This document shows, piece after piece, positions 24,601 through 35,200 of a stretch of DNA of 38,291 nt; within the stretch, counting starts at the first letter, position 1, and the number at the start of each line of letters is the position of its first letter. The position numbers and the translations under genes are program-made. The notes under the pieces are model-generated. The model did not search any database and was not told the DNA's origin. It was given only the letters and a program-made list of their open reading frames with translations. Origin of the DNA: Nemertoderma westbladi (taxonomy: Eukaryota; Animalia; Xenacoelomorpha); assembly GCA_032718475.1 (NCBI GenBank), contig JAUCBJ010001655.1, forward strand, positions 1-38,291. Reading direction: 5' to 3'.

Positions 24601-26161
24601 TAACCTGTTAGTTACGGGCACTAGTGTAGGCTGCAGTACTCGAGCTAACCTGTTAGTTACGGGCACTAGTGTAGGCTGCAGTACTCGAGCTAACCTGTTA
24701 GTTACGGGCACTAGTGTAGGCTGCAGTAGTCGAGCTAACCTGTTACGAACGGACACTAGTGTAGGCTGCAGTACTCGAGCTAACCTGTTACGGGCACAAG
24801 TGTAGGCTGCAGTACTCGAGCTAACCTGTTACGAACGGACACTAGTGTAGGCTGCAGTACTCGAGCTAACCAGTTACGGGCACTAGTGTAGGCCGCAGTA
24901 CTCGAGCTAACCTGTTACGAACGGACACTAGTGTAGGCGGCAGTACTCGAGCTAACCTGTAACGGGCACTAGTGTAGGCTGCAGTACTCGAGCTAACCTG
25001 TTAAGGGCACTAGTGTAGACTGCAGTACTCGAGCTAACCTGTTACGAACGGACACTAGTGTAGGCTGCAGTACTCGAGCTAACCAGTTACGGACACTAGT
25101 GTACGCTGCAGTAGTCGAGCTAACCTGTTACGAACGGACACTAGTGTAGGCTGCAGTACTCGAGCTAACCTGTTACGGGCACTAGTGTAGGCTGCAGTAC
25201 TCGAGCTAACCTGTTACGGACACTAGTGTAGGCTGCAGTACTCGAGCTAACCTGTAACGGGCACTAGTGTAGGCTGCAGTACTCGAGCTAACCTGTTACG
25301 GGCACTAGTGTAGACTGCAGTACTCGAGCTAACCTGTTACGAACGGACACTAGTGTAGGCTGCAGTACTCGAGCTAACCAGTTACGGACACTAGTGTAGG
25401 CTGCAGTACTCGAGCTAACCTGTTACGGGCACTAGTGTAGGCCTCAGTAGTCGAGCTAACCTGTTACGAACGGACACTAGTGTAGGCTGCAGTACTCGAG
25501 CTAACCTGTTACGGGTACTAGTGTAGGCTGCAGTACTCGAGCTAACCTGTTACGGGCACTAGTGTAGGCTGCAGTACTCGAGCTAACCTGTTACGGGCAC
25601 TAGTGTAGGCTGCAGTACTCGAGCTAACCAGTTACGGGCACTAGTGTAGGCTGCAGTACTCGAGCTAACCTGTTACGAACGGACACTAGTGTAGGCTGCA
25701 GTACTCGAGCTAACCTGTTACGAACGGACACTAGTGTAGGCTGCAGTACTCGAGCTAACCTGTTACGAACGGACAATAGTGTAGGCTGCAGTACTCGAGC
25801 TAACCTGTTACGGGCACTAGTGTAGGCTGCAGTACTCGAGCTAACCTGTTACGAACGGACACTAGTGTAGGCTGCAGTACTCGAGCTAACCTGTTACGGG
25901 TACTAGTGTAGGCTGCATTGCATTACTCGAGCTAACCTGTTACGGGCACTATTGTAGGCTGCAGTACTCGAGCTAACCTGTTACAAACGGACACTAGTGT
26001 AGGCTGCAGTACTCGAGCTAACCTGTTACGGGCACTAGTGTAGGCCGCAGTACTCGAGCTAACCTGTTACGGGCACTAGTGTAGGCTGCATTACTCGAGC
26101 TAACCTGTTACGGGCACTAGTGTAGGCTGCATTACTCGAGCTAACCTGTTACGGGCACTAG
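21618..26161. repeat. 41-bp satellite TGTAGGCTGCAGTACTCGAGCTAACCTGTTACGGGCACTAG (~109 copies; 40/44/45-bp variants) derived from a TTLL5-like exon end plus splice donor
   Basis: Minus-strand unit CTAGTGCCCGTAACAG|GTTAGCTCGAGTACTGCAGCCTACA is continuous with the end of exon 26290-26146. Confidence 0.95.
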
Positions 26162-26290
26162 CACTAGAGTAGGCCGCTGTAGAAGGCCGACCTCCGAATT
26201 TATGTTTGTCCGGAAACAGTCGCTGATGAAGCATGTAGTTGAATGTAGTCCGGTGTTCTAGAAAGGTACTGTACAACTCCCAACTTGTTT
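26146..26290 (-). CDS. TTLL5: TTLL5-like tubulin polyglutamylase, third visible exon
   Basis: Acceptor TTCTCTGTTATAG; phase-1 join gives ETSWELYSTFLEHRTTFNYMLHQRLFPDK...ASARN, matching the recalled TTLL5 segment [25 protein letters not shown]. Donor is AG|GTTAG (26146) or CGA|GTAATG (26136). Confidence 0.85.
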
Positions 26291-26424
26291 CTATAACAGA
26301 GAATAAATAAACAGATGTCAGAAATGTTATGTATGTAAATGGAGTATTGCCATTTTGATTCTCGTAAAAGTCGGTCGAAAAAAATATAACTTTCTTTTTG
26401 GAAATATATAGTTATGTGACTCAC

Positions 26425-26596
26425 CTGTAGGCATTATCCTAACCCACCCACCACGACGCTTGTATTCCTCCCTCGCAATCCGTAGAACCTTGACCTCCTC
26501 TGACGTGAGTCCGGAATAATCGGACGAGACGGGCGCGGAAACCGGACGTCCGGCCGACGACCCTGGTCGCGATCCCGCCGCCGATCGGGGCCGCAT
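26425..26596 (-). CDS. TTLL5: TTLL5-like tubulin polyglutamylase, second visible exon
   Basis: Acceptor TTTCGTTTAG, donor GTGAGT, 172 nt (phase 0 to 1); GLTSEEVKVLRIAREEYKRRGGWVRIMPT matches recalled TTLL5 [29 protein letters not shown]. Confidence 0.9.
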
Positions 26597-26691
26597 CTAA
26601 ACGAAAGTGAAAGTTTTAATTTAAGAAAAAAAAATATCCTTTAAATATATTTAAAAAAAACATTAATCTTGAGGAAAAATTAGATTTTGGT

Positions 26692-27435
26692 TACTGTTGA
26701 AATAACTAACCTTTCTTTGCACCGCTTTGTGGAGGATACATAACCTTCCAAGGTACTGGAAGGTTGACGAATTCCAGTACCTTGGATCATGGATAGAGAG
26801 TAGCACAATGGACATAGAAGTTAGGAAAGCAAAGGCTTGGGTAGCTCTATCAAAAATGGATACCATCTGGAAATCAGATCTCTCCAGGCACCTGAAGACT
26901 AAGTTCTTTCGAGCCACAGTGGAAAGTGTATTTTTATACGGGGGTGAAACCTGGACACTGACTAAATCACTTGAACAACGAATTCATGGATGCTACACAA
27001 CACGTGACAAACGCCGAGCTCTATGGTAATATTTCACCTGTATCAACCACCCTCCGTGAACGCAGATTAAGATTCAGTGGGCACTGCTGGCGAAGTAAAG
27101 ACGAGGTCATACCAGATCTACTTTTCTGGCAACCAACTCATGGAAAGCGTAGTCGTGGACGACCGGGCATAACATATATAGACCAGCTTGAAAGGGATAC
27201 TGAACTTGAGAGAAACGAAATTGCGACAACTATGGAGAATCGGGAAGACTGGAAGGGTCTCATTTCCAGTGTCCGAGTTCGCTCGACCTAGTAGTAGTAT
27301 TGGAAGATATCGGTATTCGTGACTGTTGAATTAACTAACCTTTCTTTGCACCGCCTTGTGGAGGATATCGGTATTTTCGATACTGTTAAATAACTAACCT
27401 TTCTTTGCACCGCCTTGTGGAGGATATCGGTATTT
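26692..27435 (-). repeat. Triplicated ~61-bp unit containing a TTLL5-like exon end and donor; the distal copy is split by a LINE
   Basis: TAACTAACCTTTCTTTGCACCGCYTTGTGGAGGATA at ~26703, ~27332 and 27391. Confidence 0.9.
26739..27300 (+). mobile_element. 5'-truncated RTE-like LINE: RT C-terminal region with internal deletion/frameshift and (TAG)n tail
   Basis: VDEFQYLGSWI, ATVESVFLYGGETWTLT, RRLRFSGHCWR, GKRSRGRP...YIDQL, REDWK; ends TAGTAGTAG; flanked by TGGAGGATA (26730-26738) and TGGAAGATA (27301-27309), a probable TSD. Confidence 0.92.
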
Positions 27436-27546
27436 TTTCGCTGATTTTGAATGCGTCGCAAGACGGGATCTTGAGCAATGACACCAGTTAGACTGAGAAG
27501 ATCAGATATCATATTGGCTTTTATCTTCAGGTCAATTGGACTATCG
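27399..27546 (-). CDS. TTLL5: TTLL5-like tubulin polyglutamylase, first visible exon (end of the TTL catalytic domain)
   Basis: Acceptor TTCTTTTACCAACAG, donor AAG|GTTAGT, 148 nt; DSPIDLKIKANMISDLLSLTGVIAQDP matches recalled TTLL5 [27 protein letters not shown]; phase 0 join to the next exon. Confidence 0.9.
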
Positions 27547-27796
27547 CTGTTGGTAAAAGAACAAAGGAAAAGTAACTAATTGTGTAACTAAAAGTAACTA
27601 ATAATTGTGGAGTGTCCTGCGATGTTGTGATGAGGCTCGTACTACGCGAGTTCGATCTATATTATGGCAAGTAAATTTTAAATTTAACCAAAACCTGTAA
27701 AAACAAGTGCGAAATTGCGCAAAGGTCCGCATACTAACTAACGCATGATCTGTCTCCTCCTTGAATGGCTTACTACCAATCATACTATGCTCTATC

Positions 27797-28858
27797 CTGT
27801 CCTTGTACGCTTGTGTCTGTTGGTGGGACGCACTATCCTTGTACGCTTGTGTCTGTTGGTGGGACGCACTATCCTTGTACGCTTGTGTCTGTTGGTGGGA
27901 CGCACTATCGTTGTACGCTTGTGTCTGTTGGTGGGACGCACTATCCTTGTACGCTTGTGTCTGTTGGTGGGACGCACTATCCTTGTACGCTTGTGTCTGT
28001 TGGTGGGACGCACTATCCTTGTACGCTTGTGTCTGTTGGTGGGACGCACTATCCTTGTACGCTTGTGTCTGTTGGTGGGACGCACTATCCTTGTACGCTT
28101 GTGTCTGTTGGTGGGACGCACTATCCTTGTACGCTTGTGTCTGTTGGTGGGACGCACTATCCTTGTACGCTTGTGTCTGTTGGTGGGACGCACTATCCTT
28201 GTACGCTTGTGTGTCTGTTGGTGGGACGCACTATCCTTGTACGCTTGTGTCTGTTGGTGGGACGCACTATCCTTGTACGCTTGTGTCTGTTGGTGGGACG
28301 CACTATCCTTGTACGCTTGTGTCTGTTGGTGGGACGCACTATCCTTGTACGCTTGTGTCTGTTGGTGGGACGCACTATCCTTGTACGCTTGTGTCTGTTG
28401 GTGGGACGCACTATCCTTGTACGCTTGTGTCTGTTGGTGGGACGCACTATCCTTGTACGCTTGTGTCTGTTGGTGGGACGCACTATCGTTGTACGCTTGT
28501 GTCTGTTGGTGGGAAGCACTATTCTTGTACGCTTGTGTCTGTTGGTGGGACACACTATCCTTGTACGCTTGTGTCTGTTGGTGGGACGCACTATCCTTGT
28601 ACGCTTGTGTCTGTTGGTGGGACGCACTATCCTTGTACGCTTGTGTCTGTTGGTGGGACGCACTATCCTTGTACGCTTGTGTGTCTGTTGGTGGGACGCA
28701 CTATCCTTGTACGCTTGTGTCTGTTGGTGGGACGCACTATCCTTGTACGCTTGTGTCTGTTGGTGGGACGCACTATCCTTGTACGCTTGTGTCTCTTGGT
28801 CGGACGCCGTGTCCTTGTACGCTTGTGTGACTGTTAGTGGGAAGCCCTGTCCTTGTGT
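27797..28858. repeat. 36-bp minisatellite CCTTGTACGCTTGTGTCTGTTGGTGGGACGCACTAT (~29 copies)
   Basis: Read directly; near-identical units, two +2 bp (GT) variants and degenerate right-end copies. Confidence 0.97.
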
Positions 28859-29300
28859 GTGGCATGTACTAAAACTGTACAGTATGCTAATAATTACTGA
28901 ATACACAACGCGTTCGCGAAGTTCAGATTGAAAATGGTATGACAATTACATGACAACATTGTGTTCAGTATAATTGGCAATAGTTTACAATACCTAAGAA
29001 CTACTATAATAATAGTAGGTCACGCAATAACCTTCCTCATTCATTATTATATTAATAACAAAAATACAATTCATAAATATTAATCCATATACAATAAGCA
29101 AACCAAGACAAACGGATTGCGACGAATTACAGAGCACTATTGTTCAAAGTTCGACCGCTTTTGAAATAGAAGTACCTACAACTACAGTATGAAATTACCA
29201 CCAACTCGTGTGTGACACAGCCCGTACAGTTGAAGGGTCATAGGCGTACGAGGCGGGAGGTCTGGTGCATTATTATTTATAATTTGTAAATCTTCAGATT

Positions 29301-29913
29301 TCCTTACTGTAAGAAAATCGTGTCTGTTTGTTTGTCTGTCTGTCTGTTTGTCACACGAAAGGCTCTGAAACTATCCGGTCAATTGTGTTGTTTTAGTACC
29401 CTCCTGTAGTGTATGGTCTGAATGGATGTAAAAAGCAATTTTCAGAAAAATACAGTTATTAGTTTTCGCAAAAAATGAAATAAACTAAAAGTGCCATAGA
29501 AGCAATGGTAAAATAACACCAATAACAGCTGATGTTCATGATGAAAAATGGCTTGTAATGAATGGACTTCTACACAGGCTTAGTATAAATCGATGAGGTT
29601 GCCAAGATTATTGTATATACTTAGTACACCCATAGGCCTACTGTTTGCTTAGGCCCTACTGGTACACTGCCTTCTGCCTAAACTCCACTCCCTTACAAAT
29701 TTGAAATTCTTTATAGGGTAGCCTTAGTGTGTGTTAAATATTATATACAGCTGATAGCCTTCTCAGTCAAGGTATAAAATCTATACACCAATTATTCCAG
29801 GTGAATAAATTTTAGTAATAATGTAGGCCTTCAACTGTAGTACTACAATAATTGGTGTATAGATTGAATCTGAAGATAGAAGATTTACATCCCGCGTGCT
29901 TGCACGCCACTAG
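29301..29913 (+). mobile_element. Non-autonomous Helitron C (~610 bp)
   Basis: TC start followed by (TTTG/TCTG)n; 3' hairpin GCGTGC-TT-GCACGC (29894-29907) then CTAG|T; internal 18-bp inverted repeat (~29778/~29848). 5' boundary is approximate. Confidence 0.65.
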
Positions 29914-30172
29914 TTATAATAAAGTTGCACGCCACTAGTTATAATAAAGTTGCACGCCACTAGTTATAATAAAGTTGCACGCCACTAGTTATAATAAAGT
30001 TGCACGCCACTAGTTATAATAAAGTTGCACGCCACTAGTTATGATAAAGTTGCACGCCACTAGTTATAATAAAGTTGCACGCCACTAGTTATAATAAAGT
30101 TGCACGCCACTAGTTATAATAAAGTTGCACGCCACTATTTATAATAAAGTTGCACGCCACTAGTTTATAATA
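29901..30172. repeat. 25-bp minisatellite TGCACGCCACTAGTTATAATAAAGT (11 copies) spanning the Helitron C 3' junction
   Basis: Read directly. Confidence 0.95.
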
Positions 30173-30219
30173 ATGTTATTATCTCAAATGTTTTTCTCAA
30201 TGTTTTTGTTTGGGTAGGA

Positions 30220-30244
30220 GGGGGGGGGGGGGGGGGGGGGGGGG
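30220..30244 (+). repeat. G25 homopolymer
   Basis: Read directly. Confidence 0.85.
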
Positions 30245-30352
30245 CGAAAATATAAGATTTTGCGGGATTTCCGGATGAAAAAACTAAACAAATTAATGAA
30301 TTTCAACAGACGCTTCATTGTAAAAACAGTAATGTTTGGAAAATGAAGAGTT

Positions 30353-31264
30353 TTACAAAGTTTTCAACAAATTATTTTGCAGAATTACTCTCTTATGGGC
30401 ACTAAACCCAATACTGTCCATGTAGTTGTCCAAACTACCGTATTCTTCTTGCAAATTGGACAAAATCGTCTCCATAATTTCCGGACTTGAATTGAAAAAA
30501 CAATCACTCAATTTTAATTCATCAATTTCCCGACGATACAGGAATCTAATAGGGTCTACAAATACAAAGTCTTCTGATTTCGCGTATTCCTTGACAATCC
30601 GCTTGGTGGTGAACCCCAAACAGTGCTGCACTAGTGCGGAAACGATGCCAGTTCGGTCTTTACCCATCGAACACATAATCACAGCCGGCAAATTACCTGG
30701 ATCACTTAGCAACTGCAACGCACTGTATATTTGTTTGCCACTTAGTTGGGTAACTTTCACTAAGGAACCGGATAGTTTCAGTTTGTTTAAAGTGTTATTT
30801 ATAAAACACGTTTGGCTTAAATTAAATTTGAAGAATGTTAAAATATCCACCAAATGGAATATAATAATTTTAAGTTTAACGATTGTCGTTGTTTCTTGGA
30901 ATAAACCTTTCATATAATTTCTGTCACCGAATTTGATGTAAAAACGACGTCTCTCGTTTCCCTCGACGGTGTAACATTCCGAAGAGTCATCAGTACGAAT
31001 CGTCTCGTACTGGATTCCGGAACCCGTGGCCATCCGATCGGGCCGGACAACAACCGGACGGAAGAAACGGTCGGAAAGACGGCCCTCCGGGTGGGACAAA
31101 CCCCGGAAGTCGAGAATGGAACGGACGTTGAGATGGACGAGTTGGGATGCGCGTCCGGGTGAGTCTAGGAGTTGCGACGACCGGTAGATATTCCGACTGC
31201 ACTGCGTCGGGTCTGTCACAAACCGGAAGTTGGGAATATCCGGAAGCTCCTCTGTGTGCTCCAT
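30353..31264 (-). CDS. Cys-based tyrosine/lipid phosphatase of the Y_phosphatase3 (MptpB/LipA/IphP-like) family, 303 aa, intronless
   Basis: IPNFR, NIYRSS, VRSILDFRG, P-loop VIMCSMGKDRTG (family consensus HCxxGKDRTG), IVKEYAKS and C-terminal LQEEYGSLDNYMDSIGF; ATG at 31264. Confidence 0.9.
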   Translation of the reverse strand: MEHTEELPDIPNFRFVTDPTQCSRNIYRSSQLLDSPGRASQLVHLNVRSILDFRGLSHPEGRLSDRFFRPVVVRPDRMATGSGIQYETIRTDDSSECYTVEGNERRRFYIKFGDRNYMKGLFQETTTIVKLKIIIFHLVDILTFFKFNLSQTCFINNTLNKLKLSGSLVKVTQLSGKQIYSALQLLSDPGNLPAVIMCSMGKDRTGIVSALVQHCLGFTTKRIVKEYAKSEDFVFVDPIRFLYRREIDELKLSDCFFNSSPEIMETILSNLQEEYGSLDNYMDSIGFSAHKRVILQNNLLKTL

Positions 31265-32244
31265 AAATATCAAGTAGATAGATAATTGAATTAATTAATG
31301 AATAATAATAATAACGAAAACAAATACTGTACGAAACAGTAGAAAATTGACAAATAATATTAATAATGTAGCCCAATAATTCATAACATTACAGGTTCTA
31401 CTATTTTTGGTGTTGTTGGCAGTATAAATAACTAAATGTGTTGAGTGATAAATTTATATAAACAAATAAACAACAATTATAAATTTCAGAATTTAATTAT
31501 CTTTGTCAATTAAAGCTATACAATCGACAATAATGATAACTATTGGTTATAATTACATTCTGATTATTGAATATAAAAAAATATAATAAACTTATTTGTT
31601 AAGAAAGTAAAGCAAACCACATCAATTTACAAATCGTACACCATTGTTGGCCCAACTCATCTATTATGATGAGAAACTAACTGCCTGACAATTAATTATA
31701 TTACTAACTATTACTATAGTAACCAATGAAATAGATTGGCAAACTAGCATGTCGCCGCCATGTTAGACGTTAATAAATACAACAACACACGTGTAAACAA
31801 TCAGTTTGTGGGGCGAGCCACATAATCACGCAGTACTACATACTATATTCTTAGCAATAAGTTAAATGCGCAGCTCTTCACATTATTTTGTAGTTAACGT
31901 TTATGGTATACTATTACATAAAGTAATAATAACGGTAATAATGCTAAACTGGAAATAAATTTTCCTTTCTTAAAAATTAATTGAACTTGTAACTATTAAC
32001 CCCGATAAGTTGACTTAATGTAACAAAAATACGTAAATCATTGTACGAAAAGAAAATCACTATTCAATGTTTAATAACCCTTGAATATTTATGTAAACCT
32101 CCCTCGCTGCATGCATAAACCGGGTCATAACCATGGAAAGTGATACTTTTCACCCATTGATGTAAATAGTTACATTTTTTAACCAAATTGAAGTTTCATT
32201 TTGAAATGAGTAACTTTCAAGTTGTAAATATTTATCAATAACAG

Positions 32245-32283
32245 TGGGGGAATGATGCCATCCCCAGCGGGATCATACATTTT
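32245..32283 (+). CDS. Candidate 39-nt exon (WGNDAIPSGIIHF) at the left edge of the 32-bp array
   Basis: AACAG acceptor, GC-richer than flank, followed by GTGCGT; joins in frame to 37945-38049. No homology recognised. Confidence 0.3.
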
Positions 32284-35200
32284 GTGCGTTGTGTTTGCGT
32301 ATAGAAATACATTTTGTGCGTTGTCTTTGCGTATAGAAATACATTTTGTGAGTTGTGTTTGCGTATAGAAATACATGTAGTGCGTTGTCTTTGCGTATAG
32401 AAATACATTTTGTGCGTTGTCTTTGCGTATAGAAATACATTTTGTGCGTTGTGTTTGCGTATAGAAATACATTTTGTGAGTTGTGTTTGCGTATAGAAAT
32501 ACATTGTGTGCGTTGTGTTTGCGTATAGAAATACATTTTGTGAGTTGTGTTTGCGTATAGAAATACATTTTGTGCGTTGTGTTTGCGTATAGAAATACAT
32601 TTTGTGGGTTGTGTTTGCGTATAGAAATACATTTTGTGGGTTGTGTTTGCGTATAGAAATACATTGTGTGCGTTGTGTTTGCGTATAGAAATACATTTTG
32701 TGGGTTGTGTTTGCGTATATAAATACATTGTGTGCGTTGTGTTTGCGTATAGAAATACATTTTGTGAGTTGTGTTTGCGTATAGAAATACATTGTGTGCG
32801 TTGTGTTTGCGTATAGAAATACATTTTGTGCGTTGTGTTTGCGTATAGAAATACATTTTGTGAGTTGTGTTTGCGTATAGAAATACATTGTGTGCGTTGT
32901 GTTTGCGTATAGAAATACATTTTGTGAGTTGTGTTTGCGTATAGAAATACATTGTGTGCGTTGTGCTTGCGTATAGAAATACATTGTGTGCGTTGTGTTT
33001 GCGTATAGAAATACATTTTGTGCGTTGTGTTTGCGTATAGAAATACATTTTGTCAGTTGTGTTTGCGTATAGAAATACATTGTGTGCGTTGTGTTTGCGT
33101 ATAGAAATACATTTTGTGCGTTGTGTTTGCGTATAGAAATACATTGTGTGCGTTGTGTTTGCGTATAGAAATACATTTTGTGAGTTGTGTTTGCGTATAG
33201 AAATACATTTTGTGCGTTGTGTTTGCGTATAGAAATACATTTTGTGCGTTGTGTTTGCGTATAGAAATACATTTTGTGCGTTGTGTTTGCGTATAGAAAT
33301 ACAATTTGTGCGTTGTGTTTGCGTATAGAAATACATTTTGTGCGTTGTGTTTGCGTTTTGCGTATAGAAATACATGTTGTGCGTTGTCTTTGCGTATAGA
33401 AATACATTTTGTGAGTTGTGTTTGCGTATAGAAATACATTGTGTGAGTTGTGTTTGCGTATAGAAATACATTTTGTGAGTTGTGTTTGCGTATAGAAATA
33501 CATTTTGTGCGTTGTGTTTGCGTATAGAAATACATTGTGTGCGTTGTGTTTGCGTATAGAAATACATTTTGTGCGTTGTGTTTGCGTATAGAAATACATT
33601 TTGTGAGTTGTGTTTGCGTATAGAAATACATTTTGTGCGTTGTGTTTGCGTATAGAAATACATTTTGTGCGTTGTGTTTGCGTATAGAAATACATTTTGT
33701 GAGTTGTGTTTGCGTATAGAAATACATTTTGTGCGTTGTGTTTGCGTATAGAAATACATTGTGTGCGTTGTGTTTGCGTATAGAAATACATTTTGTGCGT
33801 TGTGTTTGCGTATAGAAATACATTTTGTGCGTTGTGTTTGCGTATAGAAATACATTTTGTGCGTTGTGTTTGCGTATAGAAATACATTTTGTGCGTTGTG
33901 TTTGCGTATAGCAATACATTTTGTGCGTTGTGTTTGCGTATAGAAATACATTTTGTGCGTTGTGTTTGCGTATAGAAATACATTTTGTGCGTTGTGTTTG
34001 CGTATAGAAATACATTTTGTGCGTTGTGTTTGCGTATAGAAATACATTTTGTGCGTTGTGTTTGCGTATAGAAATACATTTTGTGCGTTGTGTTTGCGTA
34101 TAGAAATACATTTTGTGAGTTGTGTTTGCGTATAGAAATACATTTTGTGCGTTGTGTTTGCGTATAGAAATACATTGTGTGCGTTGTGTTTGCGTATAGA
34201 AATACATTTTGTGCGTTGTGTTTGCGTATAGAAATACATTTTGTGCGTTGTGTTTGCGTATAGAAATACATTGTGTGCGTTGTGTTTGCGTATAGAAATA
34301 CATTTTGTGCGTTGTGTTTGCGTATAGAAATACATTTTGTGCGTTGTGTTTGCGTATAGAAATACATTTTGTGCGTTGTGTTTGCGTATAGAAATACATT
34401 TTGTGCGTTGTGTTTGCGTATAGCAATACATTTTGTGCGTTGTGTTTGCGTATAGAAATACATTTTGTGCGTTGTGTTTGCGTATAGAAATACATTGTGT
34501 GCGTTGTGTTTGCGTATAGAAATACATTTTGTGCGTTGTGTTTGCGTATAGAAATACATTTTGTGCGTTGTGTTTGCGTATAGAAATACATTTTGTGCGT
34601 TGTGTTTGCGTATAGAAATACATTTTGTGCGTTGTGTTTGCGTATAGCAATACATTTTGTGCGTTGTGTTTGCGTATAGAAATACATTTTGTGAGTTGTG
34701 TTTGCGTATAGAAATACATTTTGTGCGTTGTGTTTGCGTATAGAAATACATTGTGTGCGTTGTGTTTGCGTATAGAAATACATTTTGTGCGTTGTGTTTG
34801 CGTATAGAAATACATTTTGTGTGTTGTGTTTGCGTATAGAAATACATTGTGTGCGTTGTGTTTGCGTATAGAAATACATTTTGTAGGTTGTGTTTGCGTA
34901 TAGAAATACATTTTGTGCGTTGTGTTTGCGTATAGAAATACATTGTGTGCGTTGTGTTTGCGTATAGAAATACATTGTGTGCGTTGTGTTTGCGTATAGA
35001 AATACATTTTGTGAGTTGTGTTTGCGTATAGAAATACATTTTGTGCGTTGTGTTTGCGTATAGAAATACATTTTGTGCGTTGTGTTTGCGTATAGAAATA
35101 CATTTTGTGAGTTGTGTTTGCGTATAGAAATACATTTTGTGCGTTGTGTTTGCGTATAGAAATACATTGTGTGCGTTGTGTTTGCGTATAGAAATACATT

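Noticed and set aside
21618-26161. Polylinker-like density of 6-bp palindromes (ACTAGT, CTGCAG, AGTACT, CTCGAG) suggesting synthetic DNA
   Set aside because: The unit is continuous with a natural exon and shows natural divergence; no vector sequence nearby.
26327-27512. Track ORFs 26327-26596 and 27288-27512 as independent small genes
   Set aside because: They are TTLL5-like exons read through into introns; splice sites and phases join them.
27745-28945. 250-388 aa ORFs with 12-aa repeats in five frames
   Set aside because: Stop-free 36-bp minisatellite; +2 bp variants swap frames, so there is no frame constraint.
14767-31273. Bacterial contamination or an operon to explain the two intronless enzyme genes
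   Set aside because: They are 15 kb apart and interleaved with spliced exons, LINEs, Helitrons and satellites; no operon structure.
31750-31765. YY1-like CGCCATGTT motif as a promoter call (also CAAGATGGCG at 20871)
   Set aside because: A single short motif with no TSS evidence; the second copy lies inside a MITE.
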